From Podarcis tiliguerta (Eukaryota), in assembly GCA_965153285.1 (NCBI GenBank), contig OZ229121.1: a stretch of 64,000 nucleotides of DNA; one strand, written 5' to 3'. Every line of letters starts with the position of its first letter. The first letter of the stretch is position 1. Positions 38,409 through 51,168 of this stretch are shown one piece after another. The notes under the pieces were generated by a model, which saw only the letters and a list, made by a program, of their open reading frames with translations, had not been told where the DNA came from and searched no databases. Position numbers and translations under genes: made by a program.

Positions 38409-39099
38409 GTTTTAATTCCTCTTGGGCAGCAAAAAAATTCGGGACCCTTGATGATATTATACTATGAACTAGCACCAATATGATATCTTCCATTTTTCAC
38501 TCAGACCTTTTAAAGTTAGAAGTGCTTTCAGTCTCATGTGAATAGCACAAGACCTAAAAGGCAGTTTGATGTGATCCACACAGCTGTGGGGATACTTAAG
38601 GTCAAACCAATGGAAGCTTGTTTTAAAAAGAATCACTGTCGTGGTGATATTGCCAAAAGCTGTGGTATAGGGACATGTAAATATGTAGTCTGTTTTCATG
38701 TTAAAATCTGTTGGTTTCAGTAAACATAATTCTGGGGCTATCATTTAAGTAATTTGTTCTGCATTCCAAAATTAGGTGTTTTTTTCATATTTCACTGCAA
38801 GTCTCAATCTTATAGTTCCTGTAATCCTCTCTTATTCTGATTTTGTACCAAGGAAGCCATTTGGTAGGGAAATCATGCTTCTTTTATCTTGCCTTAAACT
38901 ACTGCTTTGAAAGTTCGTTTTCTGAAAGACTTGGCCTATGCACATGCCCATCTTCTACATGTGTTTGGGACTTAGGATTGCACTGTCTGGCCCTGTCATG
39001 GCATCCCTGTTGTCCATGTACTGGACATCTGCACAAGGTCTTACACATTAAGGGACCACCCATGTATAGGCACAAACTGCATATATAGGCACATATTAT

Positions 39100-39560
39100 T
39101 CACTATAGGAAAGGGGCCCAGTGATTTATGGGGTTTGGCACCATCTGCGAGGCAGGAGCCAAAGCAGGAGTTGGGGAGAGGAAGGGTCTAAACTAAGCAG
39201 TCAGAGATGGAGGTGGGTGCATATGACATGTCAGAGGAAGAGGAAATGGTGGTTCAAGCAGATGGGCCAGTCAGAACCTTGCCATCCCCTGCTCTGCTGT
39301 CTCCTAGAATCAGGAGGAACCTGAAGAGAGAAGAACGGCGACTTCTGTGTAGGAGAAGCCTCAGGTTGCATGTGCACATCCCATCAGATAAGGGTACATA
39401 AGGTGGTGGTGAGGAGCTTGGTCCCACTGTTGCTGCAACTGCTCTGTGGGGCATGGACCTGGGGAAAGCTGCCTAGAAAGCTGTGTATCCATTGAACTTT
39501 AGGAGCTGCTGTAAGTGTGCTTGGATGTTTGCCTTCCTTGGCTGGTGTGCTGGGATATTA
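39100..39560 (+). mobile_element. Possible solo LTR or other interspersed repeat
   Basis: A purine-rich block distinct from its flanks that resembles lizard LTR remnants. I did not confirm termini or a TSD. Confidence 0.25.
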
Positions 39561-39742
39561 GGAAAATGAAATGCTTCTGAACAGTTGTTTGGAACCAATG
39601 TTTCTGAAGCACAGAACAGAATTCTCATCCACACTGGCCAGGCTATATGCTCTGGTTTCAATTTCCTTTATGCATGTGTTACAAAATGTAAGCTAGCCAG
39701 TGAACAGTCTTATGGAAACAAGGCATTTTATAGAGACCTTCC

Positions 39743-39862
39743 CAGTGCTATTTTTCTTGAAAAATGAATGCCTCCTATGTTCTCTTATAATGGCAATGGT
39801 GCCCACCTGAGAGGTACCAGAACTGGGTTCCAGCAAGTTCTGGCTGGAAGAAAAAGCCCTTG
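39743..39862 (-). mobile_element. hAT-type MITE, same family as 29039-29151
   Basis: Ends CAGTGCTATTTTTCT / AAAAAGCCCTTG. The internal GAGGTACCAGAACTGGGTTCCAGCAA matches the reverse complement of the 29.0-kb copy. Confidence 0.65.
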
Positions 39863-42213
39863 TGCTCCCATACGTCAGTCCAATTATTTATTATTTATTG
39901 ATTGCACACACACACGGCAGGCACCTCATTGTATTGTTTCCTGTGCCTCCTAAAACCTTTTTTGTTTAGGCTAGCCTAGTCAGATATGTAAAGCTGACAT
40001 GAATTTCAATAGATAGTTTTCATTTGTAACTATTGATTTTCTTTATATTTGGAATCATTTTTAGGCCAACTTATATTCAACTTCTGACTTTTATAGATAA
40101 TTTTAATACATATTTTATGCTTTAACAATTAGCTATTATACAAATATTATTAAATAGATCTTATGTCCAAATGATTTCAAAACAAAAGAGTCAAGCACAT
40201 GCTCAAATCTTCAGTTAAAAACAATGGTGCCTAGCTTCACTTTGGTGGAATTATAACCATTGTGTATTTTTTGTTAGCTCCTGATGTTTTAATTTGTTTT
40301 TGTGTGTGTTTGCACTTACACACGCACCAGTACCATTAATTCTTTTTAGATTTACTTTCATAGCATTTTCTTTTTGTTATATACGACTGAATCTGTCACC
40401 TCATTTTATTTATCCTTGTGAACATATTTAACAAATGGCCCACAGGTTTTCATGTTACACCTCCTATGCTGTTGAATTCCTGTAGCACATTTGGTCAGTT
40501 CAGTGCTCCCATCAAAACAGCAGAGGGAGCACAAGACATTTTCCAAAGGGTACTAAAAATACAGAACTGTGAATATTTTATTTGCAGCAGAGATCATTCA
40601 CAAATAACCCTTAGGCTTGTTTCATAAATGAAAATAAGAATGACCTGCTTATGGCAGGAGCCATGTCCGAAAAATACCAAGATAGACAGAAAACTGATAT
40701 AGAAGCATGTACAGAGTGGATGTAGTATACATATATGGCCTTAGCTAGAAGACTCAAACAAATTCTGGTTAAATGATCAGAGAACATTGTAGAAGCCAGT
40801 CTCCATCTGTCAGGTCAAAGGATTGTAATGGATCCAGAGCTCTAAAGGAGGAAGAGCAAAAAATGTTTACCCTCCTCCCCTTTTTACTGGTTAGTGTAAG
40901 GGGAAAGAGACATGTACACCCAGAGCCTCAGTGAAAGCTAGAAAGTGCATGCCTCTCATTATAGATATGTTAAAACTATTGAAACTCAACATAAGCCACA
41001 CATTTCAAGGATAGGTGATGCAATGCAACTGTGCAGCTTTCAGGGGAAAGTCTCCATGAAGGACTACTAGAGTTTAGCATACCGAAATCATGTAAGCAGA
41101 CTCTATTCATTCCATTAATGAATACTATTTCCCCCTCAAACCAGCCCCTAAATGACTGTTTCTGCAGTAAGAAATGACAGCTGTTGTGTGGAGGTAAAGG
41201 ATCTGTGGAGATGCAATGGCCAGATATCTTCCTCTCATCTGGGTAGATTTTGTGACATGGGAGTTAGGATATCTGCTGTTCCTAAGAGGTTAAACCATTC
41301 TTGCCATCATGAGAGGCACATTCCCTGAGCTGACATGTTAGTCAAAGCAAGACAGTGAATCATTAAGTTACATTCCAAGTAAGAGACAGACAGAGGTGCC
41401 TCTGTGAGGTTTACAGTGCCTCAGGTGAGATGTATAACAGAACCATATGCATTTGAGGGGAAGCAAAAGTTCTCAGAGCTTGAAAATTATTAACAGCATA
41501 CAACATATATTAAAAGTTCAGAAAATACAATTCTATAATGGCTAAATACTTTTGTAGGTGTTTATCACTCCAGTGTATCCCATGAAAGTGGGATCTTAGT
41601 ATCCCTGTTTGACAGTCCTTGAAGCAAAACTATAAAATATAAGAGTGAAGGTATGTGCCCTAAGGGCCATTTCACATGCTATGGGGTGGTGAAAAGGGGC
41701 AGAGAAGCAGAGAAACAAGAAGCATTAATGGCCACTTAGTATTTTCATATGTTTTTATTATAACACTCCGAAGAAAGGATCCTTGTATCTTGGTTATAGA
41801 AAAATCGCTGAATGCTGAATAATCCCATAGGTTTTTTTTAAATTAGAGGAAGCTTCCATGTGTGATTTTTCTTATATAATAATAATGTCTGCCCAGCTGT
41901 ATACTCATAGCTAAACATATTCAATGACAGTCATGAGTGATGATGCATACACTATTACCTAAAAAGAGACCATATTTGTTTAGGAAAATATATTACACAT
42001 GTGTGGTCCACCCCATAGGTAAAGCACATGAGTATTTAGAACTGATGATGAATCTATCATTTTCCCTAAAAGAGTCAGGTCTGTAGGGAGATTTTCCTGC
42101 TCTGATATCTATTCCAGGCTATTATGCCTGAACCTTGTTATTATGAGTTCAGAAGGAGAAACCCTTTGTTGCTTAGTTTTTGTGCAATTTTATTGACCTA
42201 TCTAGATGGAAAT

Positions 42214-42561
42214 GGGATGCGGGTGGCGCTGTGGGTTAAACCACTGTGCCACTTGGGTTTGCCGATCAGGTTGGCGGTTCGAATCTCCGTGACGGAGTGA
42301 GCTCCCATTGCTTGATCCCTGCTCCTGCCAACCTAGCAGTTCGAAAGCACGCAGTGCAAGTAGATAAATAGGTACCACTCCAGCGGGAAGGTAAACAGCA
42401 TTTCCGTGCACTGCTCTGGTTTGCCAGAAGCAGCTTAGTCATGCTGGCCACATGACCCAGAAGCTGTATGCCGGCTCCCTCAGCCAGTAAAGCGAGATGA
42501 GCGCCGCAACCCCAGAGTCATCTGCGACTGGACCTAACGGTCAGGGGTCCCTTTACCTTTT
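42214..42561 (+). mobile_element. Full-length Sauria SINE (Squam1, lacertid type)
   Basis: tRNA-derived head with A box (GGTGGCGCTGTGGG) and B box (GGTTCGAATC), the characteristic body and an ACCTTT tail. It has a 13-bp target-site duplication, TATCTAGATGGAA, at 42199-42211 and 42562-42574. Confidence 0.93.
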
Positions 42562-42974
42562 TATCTAGATGGAAGGAAGGTCCCCTCCATTGGTTCTGCA
42601 TAGAGATGTACCTTTGACTGGATTTCCTGCCATTGTGGGTGTTTCTGAAGTAATGCAGGACTTCAAGATGTAGCATCACTCATGTCCACCCTCTCTTTGC
42701 CTTCTTTGTCAGAACAGCTTTGCCAGCAGAGCATCCAGCTTTATCAGTGTAGGCAGAATGACATACTGCTTCATAATGCTGCTTAGCTGGTATAAGTGTA
42801 ACATAATATTGTGCCCTAAGCAGTGGTTGTGCAGTAGTGGGGGCCCTGCTGGCAGAGTCTAGTGGAGGGACGCTTCCATTGTATCCAACCCCAACACAGT
42901 TCTCAGGGTTCAGGATAGCTCTGTAAGAGGGCAAGTGATTGGAGAAAGAACGGTGGCAAATTTTCAAGACTCTA

Positions 42975-43180
42975 AGAGCTTTCCAAACTTTTCATGTTGG
43001 TGAAACACTTTTGAGAGATGCATCATTTTGCGACACAGTAATCCAGTTTTACTAGCAAACCAGAGGTTAAACTAACCACTTTCCAGCCCTGGGAGGAGCA
43101 TGGGGAGCGTTTGCGCGACACACCTACACACTGCAAGCAAACACACTAACGTGTCACGACACACAGTTTGGAAAGCTCTG
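42975..43180. mobile_element. hAT-type MITE
   Basis: 15-bp terminal inverted repeats AGAGCTTTCCAAACT / AGTTTGGAAAGCTCT and subterminal repeated CGACACA motifs. Confidence 0.8.
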
Positions 43181-44589
43181 CTGTAAGGAAAGGGTTCTTT
43201 TAAAAGTTCTTACATTTTAAGAGGTTGTATATTTTGTAAATGTCAAACCTAAGAAGCTTCTATGCCTTTAACGTCTATTTAGCATACAGATAGATATGCA
43301 GGTGAAACACTTATTGGCATGAATATGTATGAATACATTCTATTTCAAACAATGTGTTTGTTTTTGTGAATGTAAGTTCTTTTAAACTGTTTTTAGTAGT
43401 GTGTTTTAATTGTTGTAACCCACTCTGGAACCTTAGGATGAAGGGTAATAAATTAAAACAACAACAACAACATGGAGTATTATTTTCCTGTTACAAGCAT
43501 TCTTTTATAGTATATTTGCAGTTCACTTACAGTATATATGTCTACTTAAAAGTAAGCAAGCCTGAATAGGATCCATGGGGTTTAATGTTAGGTAAATTAA
43601 TGTTGCCAAGAATAAAATGTAGATTTTAGATAGCAGTCACCCAACATTCCTGGGCACATATCCCTGGTACAAAACCTGCCTACTGGCACCAAACAGTGAG
43701 TATCTTCCTATGAAAACTGTCATCATGTATGCATAACTTTTTCATTAAAAAGTAAGATTATTTTATATAGGCTTTTTGTCTGTGATTAAAGGAAAGTGTG
43801 ATAAAAACAGCTAATATTAGATTGCTTTTTATTAATAAAAGCTGTTTTCTTTCTGCTTTTTTTAAAAAAAACACACACAAACAAACCTCAAAATAAACAA
43901 ACTAAATAGAATGCCATGATTAGTTTCTTTCAGAGAAAGCTGTTTTTTCATCCCTCTCTCTGCACTTCTGATGTGTTCAGTCCCCAATTTCCAAGGCTGG
44001 GAGCTGAGAGGTTGCACATAAAACCCTAGAGGTGAGGAGCTTTGATATAAGTATCAGCTCCAACAATTGGGATTTCTGCTACTTCTTTTTTTAAAAAAAG
44101 TGGCAAATCTGTCATAAAGTACTTACTGAAGATCCATGCTGAGCTCAAGGGTAAGCCCTGTGTGTTTATTAAACCTATGGCTTTTCAGGGGGGAAAGTGT
44201 TGGGCTGAATTGCAATAAAGAGCTGGTGAGAAATCCTCTGGCCGGGTTTACTGAATTATTGAATACAAGGGTAAAGCGTTCATACTTGGCTTCTTGTGTT
44301 GTCTTGTGTCTAAGTACTCAGCACCATGCAGGGAATAATGGTTACTGTAGCAAACACTTAGGGCTTTGTTTGGGCTTATAGACAAAATCTGCATACTCGG
44401 TCTCCCCCCCTCCCCTGAAGGTCTGCAAAGCAGCAAATATAGGAGATATATACATATATTGCACAAAGGCCACGTGCCAGAGTGTGTTTCTAAAAGTAAA
44501 TTCCCATCACAAGGTTCAAGGATTAGTTCATACAATTAGTTCATGCAATTTCCATTTGTGTTATTGGCAAGAAGCAGTGCATTTAGATA

Positions 44590-45035
44590 AGAATAAATGC
44601 AAAATACATATGCCGAGTTAGCAGGTCTAACAAGTAAAATAAGAGAGCAATAAATCAAGTATATAAAAAGGAGTGGAAAAACTTTGTGGAGTATTTGGAG
44701 GAGTGGAAAAACTTTGTGGAGTATTTGGAAAATAACTGTAAACAAGTGAAAATGCTAGCAGCATTAAGGTAAATTCCACAGTATAATATACATCATCATC
44801 ATCATCATCAGCATCAGCATCAAAGAATGAAGGGAGAAAGTGATCTAAATGGATATATAAGAATATGCAGGAATGGTAGGGAAATTAAAGGAACCAGGGA
44901 AGGGGAAGTAGGGAAGCCATTGAATGTTTTTATTAAAAGAAATATATTAATGGTGGAAATGTATGCTTGAATGGGAGTGTGATTTTGGAAATGGTAATAA
45001 TGAAAATTACAAATAAAATTTTAAAAAGAAAAGAA
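44590..45035 (+). mobile_element. LINE (L1-like) 3' fragment
   Basis: ORF2 C-terminus-like remnant YAELAGLTSKIRE...EWKNFVEYLENNCKQVKMLAALR*, followed by a purine-rich UTR ending in AATAAA and an A-rich tail. Confidence 0.55.
44669..44728. repeat. Perfect 30-bp tandem duplication
   Basis: AGGAGTGGAAAAACTTTGTGGAGTATTTGG x2, inside the L1-like fragment. Confidence 0.9.
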
Positions 45036-45112
45036 TAAATACTAACACTTTGGCCATACTGCTAGGATTGGCAACAATTCTGACCATAATTTTGAGGACA
45101 CTCATTTGCTTT

Positions 45113-45600
45113 ATAGAATCATAGAATTTGAAGTGACTTCAAAGATCCAACCCCTGTCCAATGCAGGAAGCCCCACTATTACAGGATTCTTGTTAGGCGG
45201 CTGTATACCCTCTGCTTTAAAACCTGTGATGAAAGGGAACCCACCACTGTTGAACAGCTTCTATTATCAGGAAGTTCTTTCTAAGATTTTGTCTAAATTC
45301 CTTTTGCTTGTATTTTGAACCCATGGGTTTGCCCTATCATCTGGAGTAACAGAAAATAAATTTGCTCTATCATCTGACAGCCCTTCAAATATTGAAGCCC
45401 TATCACACCATCTCTGAATAATCTCCAGGCTACACATATTCAACTCCTTCAACTATTCCTCACAGGATTTGGTTTTTTGGCTCCTCACCATCTTTGTTGT
45501 CCTCCACTGAAACCTTGCAGTTTTCTCATATCCTTAAACTAGGATGCCAAAGACTGGACGTAGTATTTCTGGTAAGGTCTGACCAAAGCAGAATAGAACA
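45113..45600 (-). mobile_element. CR1 LINE 3' fragment
   Basis: Terminal ATAGAATC-ATAGAAT, the reverse complement of the CR1 (ATTCTATG)n tail. Upstream is RT C-terminal sequence ending at AGGTCTGACCAAAGCAGAATAG (minus strand YSALVRP-like). Confidence 0.85.
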
Positions 45601-45601
45601 G

Positions 45602-45718
45602 TGGGTTGTAGTCAGTGCTAGTCCCACTCAGAGTAAACCCACTGAAATTAATGATGTGCTTAACTTAGGTTCATTTACTTTAGTGGGTCTACTCTGAGTA
45701 GAACTTACTTGGAGACAG
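45602..45718. mobile_element. Palindromic MITE-like element (GGGTTGTA...ACTCAGAGTA family)
   Basis: Inverted arms ACTCAGAGTAAACCCACTGAA / TTTAGTGGGTCTACTCTGAGT. A related copy lies at 59259-59363. Confidence 0.7.
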
Positions 45719-46896
45719 CATTGACTGATCAAGAACTTGGACAAATGAGTGCAGTACAGTATTGTTGCTTAGAAACAGGTGCTACCTGCCACAAAGGAGT
45801 GTGCATTTGCAATCCTGACATTCTTGTGAGTGAATCTGGCAACTGAGCACATCACACCTCATCTTTAAAAGTTTGGAAGGCAGGGCATAGGAGCTGTTAG
45901 ATCAGTTGTGCCAATCCAGTTCTGAACATGTCCAATTCCTGAACTCCTGAGCTGTGACTCCTGAACTGTATGTCCAATGCCAAGCCTCTACTGCTACTTG
46001 CCTGCCTGAATAAAAATCCCTTTCTTACCTACATGAAAGACCCTTTGCTTGTGTTACATGAGAGGCAGGACAGCTGTAATGGAGACAAGCTCTTGCAACT
46101 TGGTGGGTTTCCCATTTTCCCATAAGAACATGCCTAAAAAGCTGCTGTTTTTCTGCTGATAAAATATGGAAGTTTTGCTCAAATCTTGTGTTCCTCTTTC
46201 TACAGATGGGGGGACACACCATTTTTTTACAATTGTGCAATACATCTGTATTGGAAAATAGATATCTCTGAAAAGAAACAAGCATGAGGGAAGATTTGCA
46301 GACTGTATGCTACAAATAGGTGGCAACTGTGCATCTAGTGCACTGACACCTGCCTGTTTGTATCTGAATATGACTGATATGGGTCAACATTCTCTGATTA
46401 TGTATTTTTTCTCTGCTTTCCTTCTATGTGCTTTTTTCCTAGGCGGATTCACCCCAAGTTAACAGAATCTGGCTGTAGGGGTGGGGAGGACTTGGGGGGA
46501 TGATCTAAGAGGGTTAGAGTGGCAAGTGGGGGGATTCCATGCCTACCCCATCCTACATCCTAACCTTGCTTTACATAGGATTGTGGCATGTCCACATTTG
46601 AAGGGATGGGTTTTTGCTGCCATTCTGTGTCAGTTGCATAGGCTTGGGATGCTCCTGGTTCCAACCATGGAGCACCTTGATTTTCAGTATGTAATTCTAG
46701 GTTTTGATGAGGAGCTCCTGGTACCTAGTGAGAAGGCTCCCACAATTCCCTTAAGATTTGGACTTAGTGTTTGTCTTTGTAAGGAAAGGCAGCTATAATT
46801 ATGCCAGCAATGTACTCTCTCTTCTTCTTATCCCAGTGTCATGAGTCAGCCAAGAATATTGAATACTATTCTAAAAACACATTTCCCCCCTTATGA

Positions 46897-46920
46897 ATAT
46901 ATATATATATATATATATAT
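46897..46920. repeat. (AT)12 microsatellite
   Basis: Directly visible. Confidence 0.9.
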
Positions 46921-48211
46921 TGGGAAATGCCTCTTCATTAAATGGCTTCACTCCTGTAACACCAAACTCAGGTGGTGAGTGTTAACAGGCACATAGCTGA
47001 AATGCGGTCGCATGTCTGAGGGAACTGCAAGGTTTGCAGGGATGTAAAGAAAAAAGTTTCATAAAAAGCTAAACGTGGGGGGGGGGACACACCAAAAGCC
47101 CAATTTTGATATTTTGTGGAATATTTTGTGTCCAAAATAAAATCAGAGGAGAAATAGATTTGAGCATTGTGCTTGGGGGCATCATTTGAAAGACACTGAA
47201 GGTTCTTCTGTTGGAATGTGAGCATTCACTGCAACATTTTATGGTGGGTCCCACTTGTGTAGTAAATACTCAAGAGTCAAAATGAGTGGTCTGGGAAGTC
47301 CCCACCCCCCAAGTTTGGACACTTTTGTTTAGGTCTCACTGTTGTCTAGTGATTCCACATGTCTGTAGCTCAAGATATAGTTCAAACCTGAAGATGTTTT
47401 GTGTCAAATATACCTAAACCTGTGTCTTCCTCAGTGTTGATCTTTGGGTCAATACTATTCCAACAGGCCTCACTAGAAAATCCCCAGCAAAAGCAAACAG
47501 ATGTGATAGGGATTCCGCAGAGAAATCAAATTCATCTTTCTTCTAATCCTTCCTACTGGGGGAAATGTGAGAAATAATAACTGCAAAACCACACACAAAA
47601 GGAGCTGTAGCTTCAAAAGTCCTTGTCACATGATGTCTTACCTAGAGGTTCTACAATAATGCCTTTGGAGGTGCATGGACTACCTCATCCAAATAATAAC
47701 TGATCCTGTGGTAGCACACAAACCTGGCCGATGTTGCAATATTTAAACCAAGCTTCCCTTCTAACCTCAAGCCTGATCCTGTATACATGTGGTTTACTGT
47801 CCCGCAATATGAAATGACAGATCTGAATGCAGATCTGATGCTGGCAGATAGTGTACTTTCCTCCTCTCAAAACTTAGGGCTGTCAACAATTATTATGACT
47901 GAAATGTACAGTCATCTGGTGGGATTCCAGGTGGCACACCTAGAATGTGCACAAATGCATAAGGCACTTTTAGATCCAAGCCCTTTAATGAATGGCAGTG
48001 ACGATAAATGTGAGCTTTTGGAGCAAAAGGAGATTAGAAGATAAGAAGTGCAATTACAATAAAACTATTATTTAATTTGAGAAGTGTGAAGGCAGTAAAG
48101 AGTAGTCTATGTAATTACTAGGCAATGAGGTTACAACTCTATAAATAAACTTCATGATGCCCATTTATCGGAAGGCAGTCTTCTGTTCACAGCAATACCT
48201 CCAATAGTGGC

Positions 48212-48249
48212 AGATGTTCACTTCTAGATGTTCACTTCTAGATGTTCAC
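48212..48249. repeat. 14-bp tandem repeat (x2.7)
   Basis: AGATGTTCACTTCT units. Confidence 0.85.
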
Positions 48250-49288
48250 ATTTAGCCACACTAGCTGAGATGTACTTCTAGCTGAGTGGTTGAGCGTATA
48301 TCTCAGGTATTAAAATTGCCATTGTGGAAACCAAAGGCTGGATATATTTCTTAACTGAAGTTAATAACAGAGGAAACTGGACCAGTAGTAATTAATTGTC
48401 AGCTACTACCACTACTTATATTGTTGCTAATAATGACTGGAGTGTGTTACAGTGTTTACCTTCTCAACATCAATTGTCGCCACTGTTATAACTCTTTGTC
48501 TAGTTGTGTATTATAGGCCTGTGTCTGGAAGTGAAAAATGACTTACCGTAAGTGTGTTCTAGTGTCATAATGCAAAACAGAAACATGTTTATTTGTGAAG
48601 GCATATACAAACATGAATAGTAAATATTATTAGTACAAACTACACGTGCCAATAACATTTTTTAATGTACTCATACCACTGTAAATGCAAAAGCAACATT
48701 TTCATTTGTGTCTAGAGAGAGAAAGGTGTATTAGTCTGTTGCAACAAACCCAACAGTCTTACTTCTGCATTCTAGAAATAACAAACAGGTCAGCTTCTAC
48801 ACAAAACAATACATGGACAAAAACTTGAAACCAGAAATGTCAATATCCAAAGACCAATGGGGGCACTTTTCAACCTCTTCAACCAACTGTATCTGGTAGC
48901 CACCCTTGAACAAATAACATCAAAGGGAGATTGCTAATTAGAATTCATCAAGTGGTTCAATGTGAATTGGATTGGAGCACTTTTTATATTTTATTTTATT
49001 TTAAAAATCACACTACCAGTGATTTTCCAGTGTCAGTATGTCTGTGTTATCAACAATGTTTTTGGCTTGTTGGATTGTTTTGGTAGTCTCGTAATCTGGT
49101 GAAAACAAACAAACAAACTTTTTACTGACTGAACTAATATTCTTTCTCAGAAAGAAGAGATTCAAAGTATCTAAATCTTATATCTTCATAAATGGTGCAT
49201 ACAAACAAATAATACAGTAAGTCCTCCTCTACTTCTCCACATAAACAAATTATCAGTTTAAGAGGAATTTCTTATAGTAGCCAGTAAA

Positions 49289-49630
49289 AAAGGTAAAGGG
49301 ACCCCTGACCATTAAGTCCAGTCATGGCTGACTCTGGGGTTGCAGTGCTCATCTCGCTTTATTGGCCGAGGGAGCCGGCGTACAGCTTCTGGGTCATGTG
49401 GCCAGCATGACTAAGCCGCTTCTGGCTAATCAGAGCAGCGCACAGAAAAGCCGTTTATCTTCCCACCAGAGCGGTATTTATTTATCTACTTGTACTTTGA
49501 CGTGCTTTTGAACTGCTAAGTTGGCAGGAGCAGGGACCGAGCAACGGGACCTCACCCCGTCGCGGGGATTCAAACCGCCAACCTTCTGATCAGCAAGACC
49601 TAGGTCTGTGGTTTAACCCACCTGCGTCCC
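49289..49630 (-). mobile_element. Full-length Sauria SINE (Squam1, lacertid type)
   Basis: Reverse-complement homolog of the 42.2-kb copy, with a 15-bp target-site duplication, ATAGTAGCCAGTAAA, at 49274-49288 and 49631-49645. Confidence 0.93.
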
Positions 49631-50440
49631 ATAGTAGCCAGTAAAGACGGCTTACTACATTTTCTGGAAACAGAAAAGATGTAAAATAGTAAGCATATGC
49701 TCCTAACAGCACATTCTAATTCTGGATTAATTGATCTGGAATGACTACCACCTTCAATTGTGCCATCACTACTATAGTAAAGCCACCACTTCACAAACAA
49801 ATATTTATTCAAAAATTGGAAACATAGCTGTGCTATTATTTCACTACTGTGCATGTACTAAGCAGTAGCTCGAAAACATGCATTAAATGGGCTATAGTGA
49901 ATTTGGAGTATTCCTTCTCACTTTTTTGCCCTGGTATTAACTATACAAATTCCATTTACCCTGCTTGGACCGGGGGCGGAGCATGTAGTTCTTTTGTTTA
50001 CAACGAAGTTTGCTGTCAGTATTTGGACTGTTCTACCGCAACATCCATCCTATAGGTTGCAGGAAAGTGTATGAAGTTATTTCCTTGAGAAAACTGACAG
50101 CAGCCTCTAGGCTAAACTTTTGATCCGCCAGTTTTCTGCCATTTTCAAAACAGCAAAGATTTGCAGTTCTATGTGCCCTCATTGCTTATGATGGCAGATC
50201 TGCAGGAGGGAAGGGCCTGAAACAAAACTGACAATGTGACAGACAAAATGGGCAAACAGAGCACAATTTTTGAACCTAATTGTCACTTATTTAAAGAACA
50301 GCAGTATCCACAAATATGAGTATTGAATTGTACTGAACTAAGTCTGTTCGGAGGCATAACTTAAGAAGGTATGTAATTTCATAGGTGAACAGAGGGATTA
50401 ATTAATGTACAAAGAAGTCAAGATTTTTATCACCACTGTC

Positions 50441-50520
50441 ACAATTCTATGCATTTCTACTCAGAAGCAAGTCCTACTGAGATGAATGGGACTTACTTCT
50501 AAATAAGTGGTGTAGGATTC
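50441..50520. repeat. ~85-bp palindromic mini-element copy
   Basis: ACAATTCTATGCATTTCTACTCAGAAGCAAGTCCTACTGAGATGAATGGGACTTACTTCTAAATAAGTGGTGTAGGATT. Confidence 0.75.
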
Positions 50521-51124
50521 TAATCTTATGTATTGTCTTTCAGAAATATTCATGGGTAGAGGTTTGATATTTATTTATTCATCTATTTTACAACTTTATG
50601 AACAGCCCAAGACCAAAAACAGTATACAAGAGGACTGTACACCCTGTGCACCTACTGTACATATGCTTCAGATACTGCCACTATTTTATGAAAATGATTC
50701 AAAAACCATATCAAAAAATGTATGGAAGGGTTCTTACACTTAACATTTAAGGAGCATGCAGTCTTAATAGGTGTGGTGCTAGCCAGGATGGGATTTAGGG
50801 CAGGTGACCCAGGCATCCACCTGGAATACAGAGTTTGTAGTGGCTGTCATGGGCTATTATGCACTCAACAACTGAAACACATAATACGAAAACTTTGTAT
50901 GGCATGGATAAATACAGATTATAGCACCTAGCATGCAAACACCTGCCTTAAATGACTGGGATAAACCATGCATGCTAACTGTGACTCAAAGTTGTAAAAT
51001 GGGCTACAAATGAAATAGAAAACAAGTTATTCAAAAGTTTAACAGATGAAGAAGGTGCCAAAAACTGCTCCTTGCTTGCAGCACCATTACCTCTAGAGCT
51101 GGGTCTGAGGTTAGCACTAAATTT

Positions 51125-51168
51125 AATAGTATCTGGTGTGTTTCTGAAATAGTATCTGGTGTGTTTCT
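51125..51168. repeat. 23-bp-period tandem duplication
   Basis: AATAGTATCTGGTGTGTTTCT x2. Confidence 0.85.

Noticed and set aside
42214-42300. tRNA-like A/B boxes
   Set aside because: They belong to the SINE head, not a tRNA gene.
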